Source: a virus
Lineage: Duplodnaviria; Heunggongvirae; Uroviricota; Caudoviricetes
IMG/VR virus record: IMGVR_UViG_3300000439_000006
Direction: 5' to 3' (one strand)
Length of the DNA stretch: 64,000 bases
Part shown: one piece after another, positions 56,790 to 64,000 of the stretch
How positions within the stretch are numbered: the first letter of the stretch is position 1
How the letters are laid out: each line of letters begins with the position of its first letter
Translations under genes and position numbers: made by a program
Notes under the pieces: generated by a model
The model's input: only the letters and a program-made list of their open reading frames with translations
Databases searched by the model: none
Told to the model about the DNA's origin: nothing

Positions 56790-57425
56790 TTACAAATCAG
56801 GATCAGGAGTGTTCGCGATGCTTAATACATCATCAAGAAAACCTTGTTCTGAAGCTAAAGTTTTACCTGTGGCCATCTTGTAATACGTAGGAAAGTGATA
56901 TTTACTCTTTTTTACATATGGTACACACTTGTTAGTCATAAACTTCATGCTGATAGCACCTTCATCTTCAGGTTCTACATCATAATCATCATTTTCTTTA
57001 TCATGAAAACTATCACGAAGTTCTTCCAACATATCTTTGAACTTATCCATAGCACGGATCTTTTTAACCCTATCTCTTTCTTCAGGATCAAAAGAGTTTA
57101 AGTCGTTAGTGTTTATCTTATACTTCCCATAAGCAGCTTGAGCCATCTCATGTAGATGCATAAAGTTTAACAACCCCCACTCATATTCTTGTTGGGTTTC
57201 TGTCATCTTAAGAAACTGAACAAGATCACCTGTTACAGTGGTTAGCTCGCGTGGCGCTAAATCTCTATCATCATAGAGTTCTTCAGATTTCATATGATTA
57301 CTAACAAACACAAAGAAAATCATGTGTCTTAACTTTTGAGACATCGCTGGTGAAACACTGAAACAATCGTTCATGTACTTAGCGTTGTGGTCTGCGTCAC
57401 AAGTGACTAAATAATTTTGGTTCAT
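56790..57425 (-). CDS. Hypothetical protein
   Basis: 211-aa ORF. Confidence 0.45.
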   Translation of the reverse strand: MNQNYLVTCDADHNAKYMNDCFSVSPAMSQKLRHMIFFVFVSNHMKSEELYDDRDLAPRELTTVTGDLVQFLKMTETQQEYEWGLLNFMHLHEMAQAAYGKYKINTNDLNSFDPEERDRVKKIRAMDKFKDMLEELRDSFHDKENDDYDVEPEDEGAISMKFMTNKCVPYVKKSKYHFPTYYKMATGKTLASEQGFLDDVLSIANTPDPDL

Positions 57426-57987
57426 AAACCTTTTTTTTTGTTTTTAAATAATGAGAAAAAAATAACAGGTTTTACCTACCTGTTGTTGTAGAAGATTTGG
57501 TGGTTATACATAGCACTCGTAAGCCTACATACAATCACCTACAATACTGACTCATAAGAGGATTTTTAACTTCCTACCAGGTGTGGATTACCACAATAGA
57601 TGTATGGGTTGATCACTCCCGCGCTCATACAACATCTGTACGTTACTCTGATTTCTCAAAGCAATCTTTTAATAAATGATTTTTGTCTTTGTCCTAGGAT
57701 AGGCTGAGCCAAATCCAACAGACGCCACCCATTGATTGTAATCTGGCTGTTTAGCCGGAAAAACACTAGATTGTATTCTAATGTCTCCCGGCTTTGGTAA
57801 ACAGCTTTCTTGTTTGGGTGTTGTTTTCTTTTTAAAAATATTTTTCATACTAAAATGCTTTTATCATAGCTAATAGTTCGAGAGCTTGTGTATAGTTCTC
57901 GGCCCATATTTTATAATCTTCGATGATGTAAAGTTTTTTACCATCGACCTCCTCTACAGGAGTTGGTTCGTTTTCCATATACTTTGT

Positions 57988-59181
57988 TTAAATGTCATCC
58001 AATGCTACATAAGAGTTTGTATCAATATGAGCCAGCTTCTTACATACCTGCTTAATCTTTTTATCATCTCTTATATCATCAAACCACTTTCTTATAGTGT
58101 TAGATACGTCATCTGGCGGCCAGGCGTTCTTATAACCATATAGCTGATTCCAATACAATCCATATTTAAGACCTTGTACAAGATTAAGACCTAACGTCCA
58201 GTCAACATCATTCATTTTTATATGAAAGATGAGGTATTGACGATCTACAACACGATGCCAGTAGTTAGTGTATACACAATGATTCATTGTGAATCCTTCT
58301 ATAAACGCTTCTTTTTCTGATACAAGTAGTCTCATATTAGGAAGAACAGGTATAGCTTCTTTCAGCTCAAGCAGATGTTCTAAAGGTGTATCACTAAGTT
58401 CTTGACCAAGATAGTTCATGATTTCCATGGTCATCTTAGTATGTTCATTGTGAATACGTTTAATACTCCACGTATAGTCTATCTTACATTCAAGCTGTAA
58501 TGCTTGTTCTTCCATGTCTTGTAGAATCGACCAAATGTTTCTTTTTTCCTGATCAAGCTCTTTTGCTAAGAAAAACTCTAAATAGTGATTAAAGTTTTTA
58601 GATACTTGAAGACCTCGTAACATTTTACGTTTGGTAAAATCATGTATAGGTATAGCTTTCAACAGAAGTTTATGTGACCCGTTCTTAACTCTGTAGAGTT
58701 TAAGAACAGCCCGAGCAAAATCTGTAGGGTTTGTTATTTTACCAGCTATCACTTTTTCCATAAGACCTTTTGTCAAAAACTGAGAATATTCATTCGTCCA
58801 CCAATCAATCTTTAAAGCTTTGAATATAGTAGAAGCGTCAGCTATAAAACTATTGACAGATGTGTTAAACCAAAATTCAAGTTTTTTCTTAGTTGTAAAA
58901 GTGAAACCTATTTTCTTCACTTGTTTGGTATAATACTTTTGTGCTTTACTAATATTTCTTGTAACCTCTGAATAATGAATGGTACCATCGTCTTTTATAC
59001 ACAAATTTGTGTCAAGCCACAAAATACCTATCATATCTTTACGATACTTTATGTTCTTACGAACACCATCTTCCATGTCAAGGAAGTTTCGGACATCGTC
59101 CGGTATTGTTTTTAGAGATATGTTCTCCATTGTTGTTTGTTTTAATGTGTGAAAAAATAGAGCTCCCATATAGAAATACAA
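57988..59181 (-). CDS. Hypothetical protein
   Basis: 397-aa ORF. Confidence 0.5.
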   Translation of the reverse strand: MYFYMGALFFHTLKQTTMENISLKTIPDDVRNFLDMEDGVRKNIKYRKDMIGILWLDTNLCIKDDGTIHYSEVTRNISKAQKYYTKQVKKIGFTFTTKKKLEFWFNTSVNSFIADASTIFKALKIDWWTNEYSQFLTKGLMEKVIAGKITNPTDFARAVLKLYRVKNGSHKLLLKAIPIHDFTKRKMLRGLQVSKNFNHYLEFFLAKELDQEKRNIWSILQDMEEQALQLECKIDYTWSIKRIHNEHTKMTMEIMNYLGQELSDTPLEHLLELKEAIPVLPNMRLLVSEKEAFIEGFTMNHCVYTNYWHRVVDRQYLIFHIKMNDVDWTLGLNLVQGLKYGLYWNQLYGYKNAWPPDDVSNTIRKWFDDIRDDKKIKQVCKKLAHIDTNSYVALDDI

Positions 59182-59216
59182 GAGCTTAACGATTGTGCTT
59201 TACGCAATATGAAAAA

Positions 59217-59292
59217 GTACGAAGAAAAGGAATTGAACCTTTATCTCTGGAATCTATATTCCAACGCTCTACCCACCATCTTTTATTACGGA
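59217..59292 (-). other. tRNA-like 3' fragment (anticodon-arm-like plus T-arm, no matching acceptor or D-stem 5' strands)
   Basis: The minus strand has ...GGTAGAGCG-TTGGAATATAGATTCCAG-AGAT-AAAGG-TTCAATT-CCTTT. The T-arm is canonical, but the 5' third of a tRNA is missing. Confidence 0.3.
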
Positions 59293-59374
59293 TATACAAT
59301 CGTGTACACATAATATGTAGACATCGTATAGTGTCTATCAACCAGGTTTCTTTAAGCTATCCCCGTATATTATG

Positions 59375-59448
59375 CTCTCCTGAATGGATTTGAACCAATG
59401 ACCTACTCCTTACAAAAGAAGCGCTCTAACCAACTGAGCTACAGGAGA
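59375..59448 (-). tRNA. tRNA (Thr/UGU-like anticodon loop TTTGTAA; weak anticodon stem)
   Basis: Minus strand reads TCTCCTG-TA-GCTC-AGTTGGTTA-GAGC-G-CTTCT-TTTGTAA-GGAGT-AGGTC-ATTGG-TTCAAAT-CCATT-CAGGAGA-G. The acceptor stem is a perfect 7 bp. The T-stem has one U-U mismatch. Confidence 0.55.
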
Positions 59449-59454
59449 ACCTTA

Positions 59455-60168
59455 TTAGATAGACAATCCAAAGCATTCTAATATCTTCTTACGAAGATTA
59501 GGCGACCCGGTTGCTATAAGTTTTTTGTTAAACGTAACTCTCATATTCTTAAGTACAGAGTTGTAGTTTATGTTAACACCAGCCATCTTTTCAGTGTAAG
59601 CATCTACATTATCATTATGTTTACCTATACGTTCAACAATCTCTTTACTTTTGTTCTTATAAGTGAACGAAACATTAACCTTGTATTCGTGTGTAGATGT
59701 TACTTCTGAAGTTAACACATCTTTTACCTGAATAAGTACATATCCAGTAATAACACCAGAGGTTTTTAACACCTCTGTGTGATTGTAACGTTCTCTAAAA
59801 ACATTATCATGACCTTTAATAATTGATTTTTTATAAACGTTGAACACATCATAACGATCTTTATCACCTTTAACATATATAGAAAAGTTTAACTTCTGGT
59901 CTTCGCCAAAGATAATACCAAGCTTTTTTAAAGCTTTAATAGCTTCTTTTTTAACTTGTTCTTTCATCAAGTTTTCTTGTTCAATAGCTTGTTCTCGGAT
60001 AGCCATGTATTCAGCCGTGATAGCTGCACATTCAGCATCGATAGCGTCTAAGCGCTCAGTAACTAAGACCTCTAATAGGTCATTTTGATTAAGCTGGGTT
60101 TTTATACCCTCTTCGTTTAAGTCTTGTTGACTTATAGCAAGCTCATTGTTTACTTTTTTAGTTGTCAT
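59455..60168 (-). CDS. Hypothetical protein
   Basis: 237-aa ORF. Confidence 0.45.
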   Translation of the reverse strand: MTTKKVNNELAISQQDLNEEGIKTQLNQNDLLEVLVTERLDAIDAECAAITAEYMAIREQAIEQENLMKEQVKKEAIKALKKLGIIFGEDQKLNFSIYVKGDKDRYDVFNVYKKSIIKGHDNVFRERYNHTEVLKTSGVITGYVLIQVKDVLTSEVTSTHEYKVNVSFTYKNKSKEIVERIGKHNDNVDAYTEKMAGVNINYNSVLKNMRVTFNKKLIATGSPNLRKKILECFGLSI

Positions 60169-60188
60169 AACTAAAAGATTTTTAATAA

Positions 60189-61235
60189 TTAACGAATAAG
60201 CCTTATACAGGCTAGATGGATTGTTGGTTTATAAGACGGAGCTATTGGTGTGGTTGATTTCTCAACATGTCCAATTTTCGTATAAAAGTCTTTTGTAGAA
60301 ATAATCTTAGAAAAATATTCTTTAGCACAATGAGTTCCAAAATAGGTTTTATCACCTTTTTTTGTAATACCCACTATATGTCCAGGTTGTGTATCATTTG
60401 CAGCTAAAGAAACATGATTATTACCTAACCATTTTTTAACTACATCATAGTTTTCTCTTGTAACTTTTACACACCAAGAATCTATAGTAACAGATTGGGT
60501 TTTTCTATCCTCATGATCTGTAGGTAAAAAATTATCAAGTTCACTTTGAGGAAGTAATACGATCTTACTTTTATAATTATCGAGTGTTCCCATACCACGG
60601 CCCGTAGAAGTGTAAACACGATCAGATGAAATAAATTCACTAGCGTAAATATACTTGATACCACCAGTTGTTTTTTTGATTGATTCATACTTAAAGAAAA
60701 TATTTTTATTTTCAAAATGACGGTACCATTTACCAATCTGAAACAAAGTTTCATGTTTCTTAAACGATACACCAGATTTTTCCATCAGTTCATCTAAAGA
60801 CACAGCTCCTTCATCACTAGTATGTATCCAACCATAGTTGTTTTGCCAGTTTGGACGATCAGCACTATTTTGAAAAGTTATATTTCCACTAGGGTATTCC
60901 TCCACAACAGTGGCTTCGATGTAATCAATCTCATCATCTTCTTCTTGAAGATGGTTGATAACAAATATACCGGCCGAGTTTGGCTTATCGTAAAACTTGT
61001 TAACCATCTCATACTGACCTTTTCCTACGTTTATATTTTCGTTGTAGTTTGTAGAGTCAGGTGGGCAAATAATTAATATATCACAAGCTAACATCTCTTC
61101 TTCAGACTTATTTGTCCAAGAAAGCTTAGGGTAGATTATCTCCACCCCATCTTCATATTTCTCGGATAAGTAGTTTCCCACTTTTCTAGGAATAGATGCG
61201 TCTCCTGCTTGTGATCCACTTATGTAGATCCGCAT
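60189..61235 (-). CDS. Hypothetical protein with an N-terminal Rossmann-like domain (LOG/SLOG or nucleoside 2-deoxyribosyltransferase-like; speculative)
   Basis: MRIYISGSQAGDAS...ACDILIICPPD...NVGKGQYEM resembles the glycine-rich loop and acidic core of LOG/NDT-fold enzymes. Confidence 0.3.
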   Translation of the reverse strand: MRIYISGSQAGDASIPRKVGNYLSEKYEDGVEIIYPKLSWTNKSEEEMLACDILIICPPDSTNYNENINVGKGQYEMVNKFYDKPNSAGIFVINHLQEEDDEIDYIEATVVEEYPSGNITFQNSADRPNWQNNYGWIHTSDEGAVSLDELMEKSGVSFKKHETLFQIGKWYRHFENKNIFFKYESIKKTTGGIKYIYASEFISSDRVYTSTGRGMGTLDNYKSKIVLLPQSELDNFLPTDHEDRKTQSVTIDSWCVKVTRENYDVVKKWLGNNHVSLAANDTQPGHIVGITKKGDKTYFGTHCAKEYFSKIISTKDFYTKIGHVEKSTTPIAPSYKPTIHLACIRLIR

Positions 61236-61237
61236 GA

Positions 61238-61681
61238 TTACTCTCCTCCTTCTTGAGCTGCAGCAGCTGTAGCTCTTTTACCATTTCCAGAACGAGTAGC
61301 TTTAGGAGCTGGAGCTTCTACTGGAGCAAACCACTTTTCATAAAGACCTTCAGCCACTTCAAGCTCCACTTCAATGTTTACCAACTGAAGCTCGATGTCT
61401 TGCATACGTCTAGCCCATTTGTCTCCATCAAAGTTACCACCGGCAAACACAAGACTTGTAGTGTTACGAGGAGAAAGATCACTTAAGTTCTCTCTTTCTA
61501 ACAACAACTTGTCTTGTCTGTCGATGATTTCATCGATGATTTTTCTTTGTGATCTTTCAGCTGAAGAACACGCCACTCTTGCACGATCACCTTTGATCGC
61601 GTCATTACCTTTTGTAAGGTTTAAAGTAAAATTGTTTACTGTTTGAGAGTCATTCTGACCTCTTCTTGTTAACTTCGCCAT
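61238..61681 (-). CDS. Hypothetical protein
   Basis: 147 aa with an Ala/Gly-rich C-terminus. Confidence 0.4.
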   Translation of the reverse strand: MAKLTRRGQNDSQTVNNFTLNLTKGNDAIKGDRARVACSSAERSQRKIIDEIIDRQDKLLLERENLSDLSPRNTTSLVFAGGNFDGDKWARRMQDIELQLVNIEVELEVAEGLYEKWFAPVEAPAPKATRSGNGKRATAAAAQEGGE

Positions 61682-61706
61682 TTTATTATTTTTAAGCGTG
61701 AAAAAA

Positions 61707-62483
61707 CTAAGGAATAGAACACAAAACCATATTTATAAGGCTTTGATGTCCTTTTGGAAGACTTGTAAGATATACAGCATTACCTGTAGCTTTTGATCTA
61801 TACAAGAAATCACATCTGTCGTAGTCGACATCAAATGAAGCTATATCATTGAACACTTGATCATTAGGTTCAAAGTTAGATAACGTCTTACATATCTCTA
61901 CAGTATCTAATATTGGCATCTTAGATATAAGTCGCTCAATACACAATATATCATAAAGCTTGAACCCATCCTTTACAAGCTTAGTAGCAAGATCAGCTCC
62001 AAACTCATGTGTTGGTTGTGAGCTCTCTTTAAATATCTTTCTCATCTTCAGATACATCTTAATACTCTCAAATGTTCTCATATGAGAAGACATGTATATC
62101 ACAGGCGCCACTGCTGTTATTTTTGTTAGGTCTGAATATTGTACATCAGTTACATCACCCTTAACAAACGTCACTTTAAGTGATACCCCATGGTCATAGC
62201 GTCCTTCTATGGTTCCATTTAAGTTTTGGTCTGTAAAAGACCCGTCCCAGATTTCCTGGGCCACTTTTCTCTTTAACACATCAGGAATAACCTGATCAAT
62301 AGGAAGAGCTGCATATACACCTAGCGCTGTTTGTAAACAGAAAACCTTAATAAGTAAGAAACTCTTACCAGATCCGTTTTGTCCTGCAAACAAGTTTATT
62401 TGTCTATAGGTTAACGTCTGCATCTTTATCTCCATAGGTTCTGTAAGATCAACTACGATCTCGTTTATACTACCTAACACCAT
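61707..62483 (-). CDS. Small P-loop ATPase (AAA_15/21 or RecF-like Walker A)
   Basis: NLFAGQNGSGKSFLL is Walker A. 258 aa. Confidence 0.45.
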   Translation of the reverse strand: MVLGSINEIVVDLTEPMEIKMQTLTYRQINLFAGQNGSGKSFLLIKVFCLQTALGVYAALPIDQVIPDVLKRKVAQEIWDGSFTDQNLNGTIEGRYDHGVSLKVTFVKGDVTDVQYSDLTKITAVAPVIYMSSHMRTFESIKMYLKMRKIFKESSQPTHEFGADLATKLVKDGFKLYDILCIERLISKMPILDTVEICKTLSNFEPNDQVFNDIASFDVDYDRCDFLYRSKATGNAVYLTSLPKGHQSLINMVLCSIP

Positions 62484-62668
62484 GTTGTTTATTGTTTTGT
62501 TTGTTATGTTATTGTGTTAAGAAGCTAAAGACTTTCCCAAATCTTCAGCCCACATCACCTCTAATGTGTTTCTTAACAATTGGTTTGGGGTTGGTCTTTG
62601 CTATATAGCCAGTGATCCATCAGTTGTACTTCCTGTAAAAGGTTCTATCCTTTAAATCCCCAAATAGT

Positions 62669-62995
62669 TTAATCATCTGAATCATCAGAGCTATCGTCAT
62701 CATCATCCCATGAATCTGTAGCTCCACCGCCACCTGAACTTCCACCACCAAATCCTTGGAAAGAATCTTGTGGATCGTCATTGTCAGGGACAGTAAACGA
62801 GGACGGAAGATCATCTTGTTCTACAGAAAACAAGTTTCCTATAGAAAGATCGTCATCATCATCGTCAGTTACAGAGTTAGCTGTTCTGACATAATACTTT
62901 TTCTCTTGAGCAGGTAGTTCTTGATAGTCATAATCATCTATCACTTTACCTGTCACTGTGTGTTTCCAATTCATAACTCGTTGATTTACAACCAC
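62669..62995 (-). CDS. Highly acidic protein (possible DNA mimic)
   Basis: The C-terminus reads GGGSSGGGGATDSWDDDDDSSDDSDD. 108 aa. Confidence 0.4.
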   Translation of the reverse strand: MVVNQRVMNWKHTVTGKVIDDYDYQELPAQEKKYYVRTANSVTDDDDDDLSIGNLFSVEQDDLPSSFTVPDNDDPQDSFQGFGGGSSGGGGATDSWDDDDDSSDDSDD

Positions 62996-63364
62996 TTAGA
63001 TTGTTTGTTTAAAAATAAGAGGAAACTTTTCCTCCATGTCTTGACGCTGATTCTCATCAACTATAGCATATATCTCTTTTAGAAATACTTCGTCCGGGTA
63101 ATATTCTGTATAAGGTATTAAGTCTTCTGGAGCATAACCATCCGATATAGGGTAATCTACCATCTTTGGATTTTCAACAGATAATACTATAATATTACTA
63201 TTTGTATGTGTATTCCAATACTTCGTTATAGCGTAAAGAAACGGTTGTCCTTTAGCTTGAGCTTTAGCCCATTCACCCATAGGATGTACATATAACTCTG
63301 AATCTCCTACACTTTTACGTAAAGGAACATATTTTCCTCCCACTACTATGTCTTGTGCTTTCAT
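62996..63364 (-). CDS. Hypothetical protein, paralog B of a tandem pair
   Basis: 122 aa. Shares MKA..L..G.KYVP..KS.G...W.KA..KGQ.FLY...YNPED...Y..Y.PD..FLKEI...E..E.KFP with the neighbouring gene. Confidence 0.5.
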   Translation of the reverse strand: MKAQDIVVGGKYVPLRKSVGDSELYVHPMGEWAKAQAKGQPFLYAITKYWNTHTNSNIIVLSVENPKMVDYPISDGYAPEDLIPYTEYYPDEVFLKEIYAIVDENQRQDMEEKFPLIFKQTI

Positions 63365-63738
63365 ATAAGGTAGTTTAACATAAGATGAGGAAACTTCGAT
63401 TCTAGCTCTTTTTTCTCTTCATCTGTAGATATACTCCAGATTTCTTTTAAAAAGGCTCTATCGGGCTTATATGAGTGAATAATAGGATATTCAACCACAT
63501 CTTCAGGGTTATACCATTCTCCTATTTTTCTTCCACCAAGACTAAACGGTTGTTCATGACTAAAAACATGTTTTTTACCACCGTTAGTTGGTCCAAGGTA
63601 ATACAAAAAGTTTTGACCTTTGCCAACAGCTTTATACCAAGCACCATCTTCTTTCATAAATGGTTGACCAATAGACTTCTTTATAGGAACATACTTATTC
63701 CCTATTACCAGTTCTTCAGCTTTCATAATAAAGCTCAT
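63361..63738 (-). CDS. Hypothetical protein, paralog A of a tandem pair
   Basis: 125 aa. Clearly alignable with the 62996..63364 product. Confidence 0.5.
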   Translation of the reverse strand: MSFIMKAEELVIGNKYVPIKKSIGQPFMKEDGAWYKAVGKGQNFLYYLGPTNGGKKHVFSHEQPFSLGGRKIGEWYNPEDVVEYPIIHSYKPDRAFLKEIWSISTDEEKKELESKFPHLMLNYLI

Positions 63739-63761
63739 TTTGTGACTATAATGAGACTAAG

Positions 63762-63838
63762 AGAGCTCAAATATGAGCTCTAATCATACTAGTATATAGA
63801 TATATTATATATTGAGTATGATAGGAGCTCAAATATGA
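63762..63838. repeat. Two copies of the 17-bp palindrome GAGCTCAAATATGAGCT, 60 bp apart, flanking an AT-rich nested palindrome (CATACT...AGTATG)
   Basis: Direct reading: agaGCTCAAATATGAGCtc at about 63762 and ggaGCTCAAATATGAGCtg at about 63822. The centre is atatagatatattatatatt. The site is immediately upstream of the first minus-strand gene. Confidence 0.6.
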
Positions 63839-64000
63839 GCTGTCTTAGGGAAACCCATCAGCCGAAGCTTCCGGGTTTTCTCACCATTAATCTTGTTAAA
63901 AAATATGCCAGGTAGGGAATAACTATGGGAAATCGCTCCACGTCCAGTCGTCTACCCAGCCATATTATCTCTTGTGATGTCCGTTTCAGGACATATTTCT

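Noticed and set aside
1-64000. CRISPR arrays, integrase or attachment module, stop-codon recoding
   Set aside because: No short regular direct repeats with spacers were found. No tyrosine or serine recombinase motifs were found. The giant ORFs and all enzymes read through with the standard code, so there is no evidence of TAG or TGA reassignment despite the crAss-like affinity.

Overview
This 64 kb window is AT-rich and gene-dense and reads as a crAss-like, Bacteroidetes-type dsDNA phage genome segment. The standard genetic code holds throughout, with no in-frame stops in the very long ORFs. Positions 1 to 13290 on the plus strand carry two giant ORFs of 2188 and 2236 aa. The first carries a DFDID aspartate triad, the hallmark I recall for the virion-packaged RNA polymerase of crAss-like phages (phi14:2 gp66-like). 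Almost everything else is on the minus strand, with bidirectional intrinsic terminators at the strand switches. The minus strand holds a replication and nucleotide-metabolism block: a Dcd/dUTPase-like enzyme, a HAD phosphatase, a dNMP kinase, an ATP-dependent DNA ligase, a compact family-B DNA polymerase, an endonuclease VII-like resolvase, a PD-(D/E)xK nuclease, a DnaG-type primase, a DnaB-like helicase, an AAA_24-like ATPase, a UDG and an SF2 helicase. This block also contains freestanding GIY-YIG and HNH homing endonucleases. Positions 31391 to 34840 on the plus strand form a small lysis-type cassette containing a GH108 endolysin. The most notable items are these: (i) a MoxR-type AAA+ ATPase gene next to a vWA gene is interrupted within its Walker-A codons by a roughly 1.06 kb insertion that carries a GIY-YIG homing endonuclease, most likely a self-splicing intron; (ii) a three-gene cluster (Prs-like pyrophosphokinase, macro domain, NAMPT-like) resembles the recently described phage NAD+ reconstitution pathway NARP1, with an extra macro-domain gene; (iii) about 2 kb at 50.5 to 52.6 kb is nearly ORF-free, GC-richer and highly structured, holds at least two tRNA or tRNA-like genes with non-canonical anticodon loops, and may encode a large ornate ncRNA; further structured intergenic islands lie at 54.9 to 57.9 kb; (iv) a small protein carries a near-exact ribosomal bL12 C-terminal motif; and (v) there are tandem paralogs and a palindromic repeat region at the 3' end of the window. 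All functional calls come from motifs read by eye. No database searches were run.
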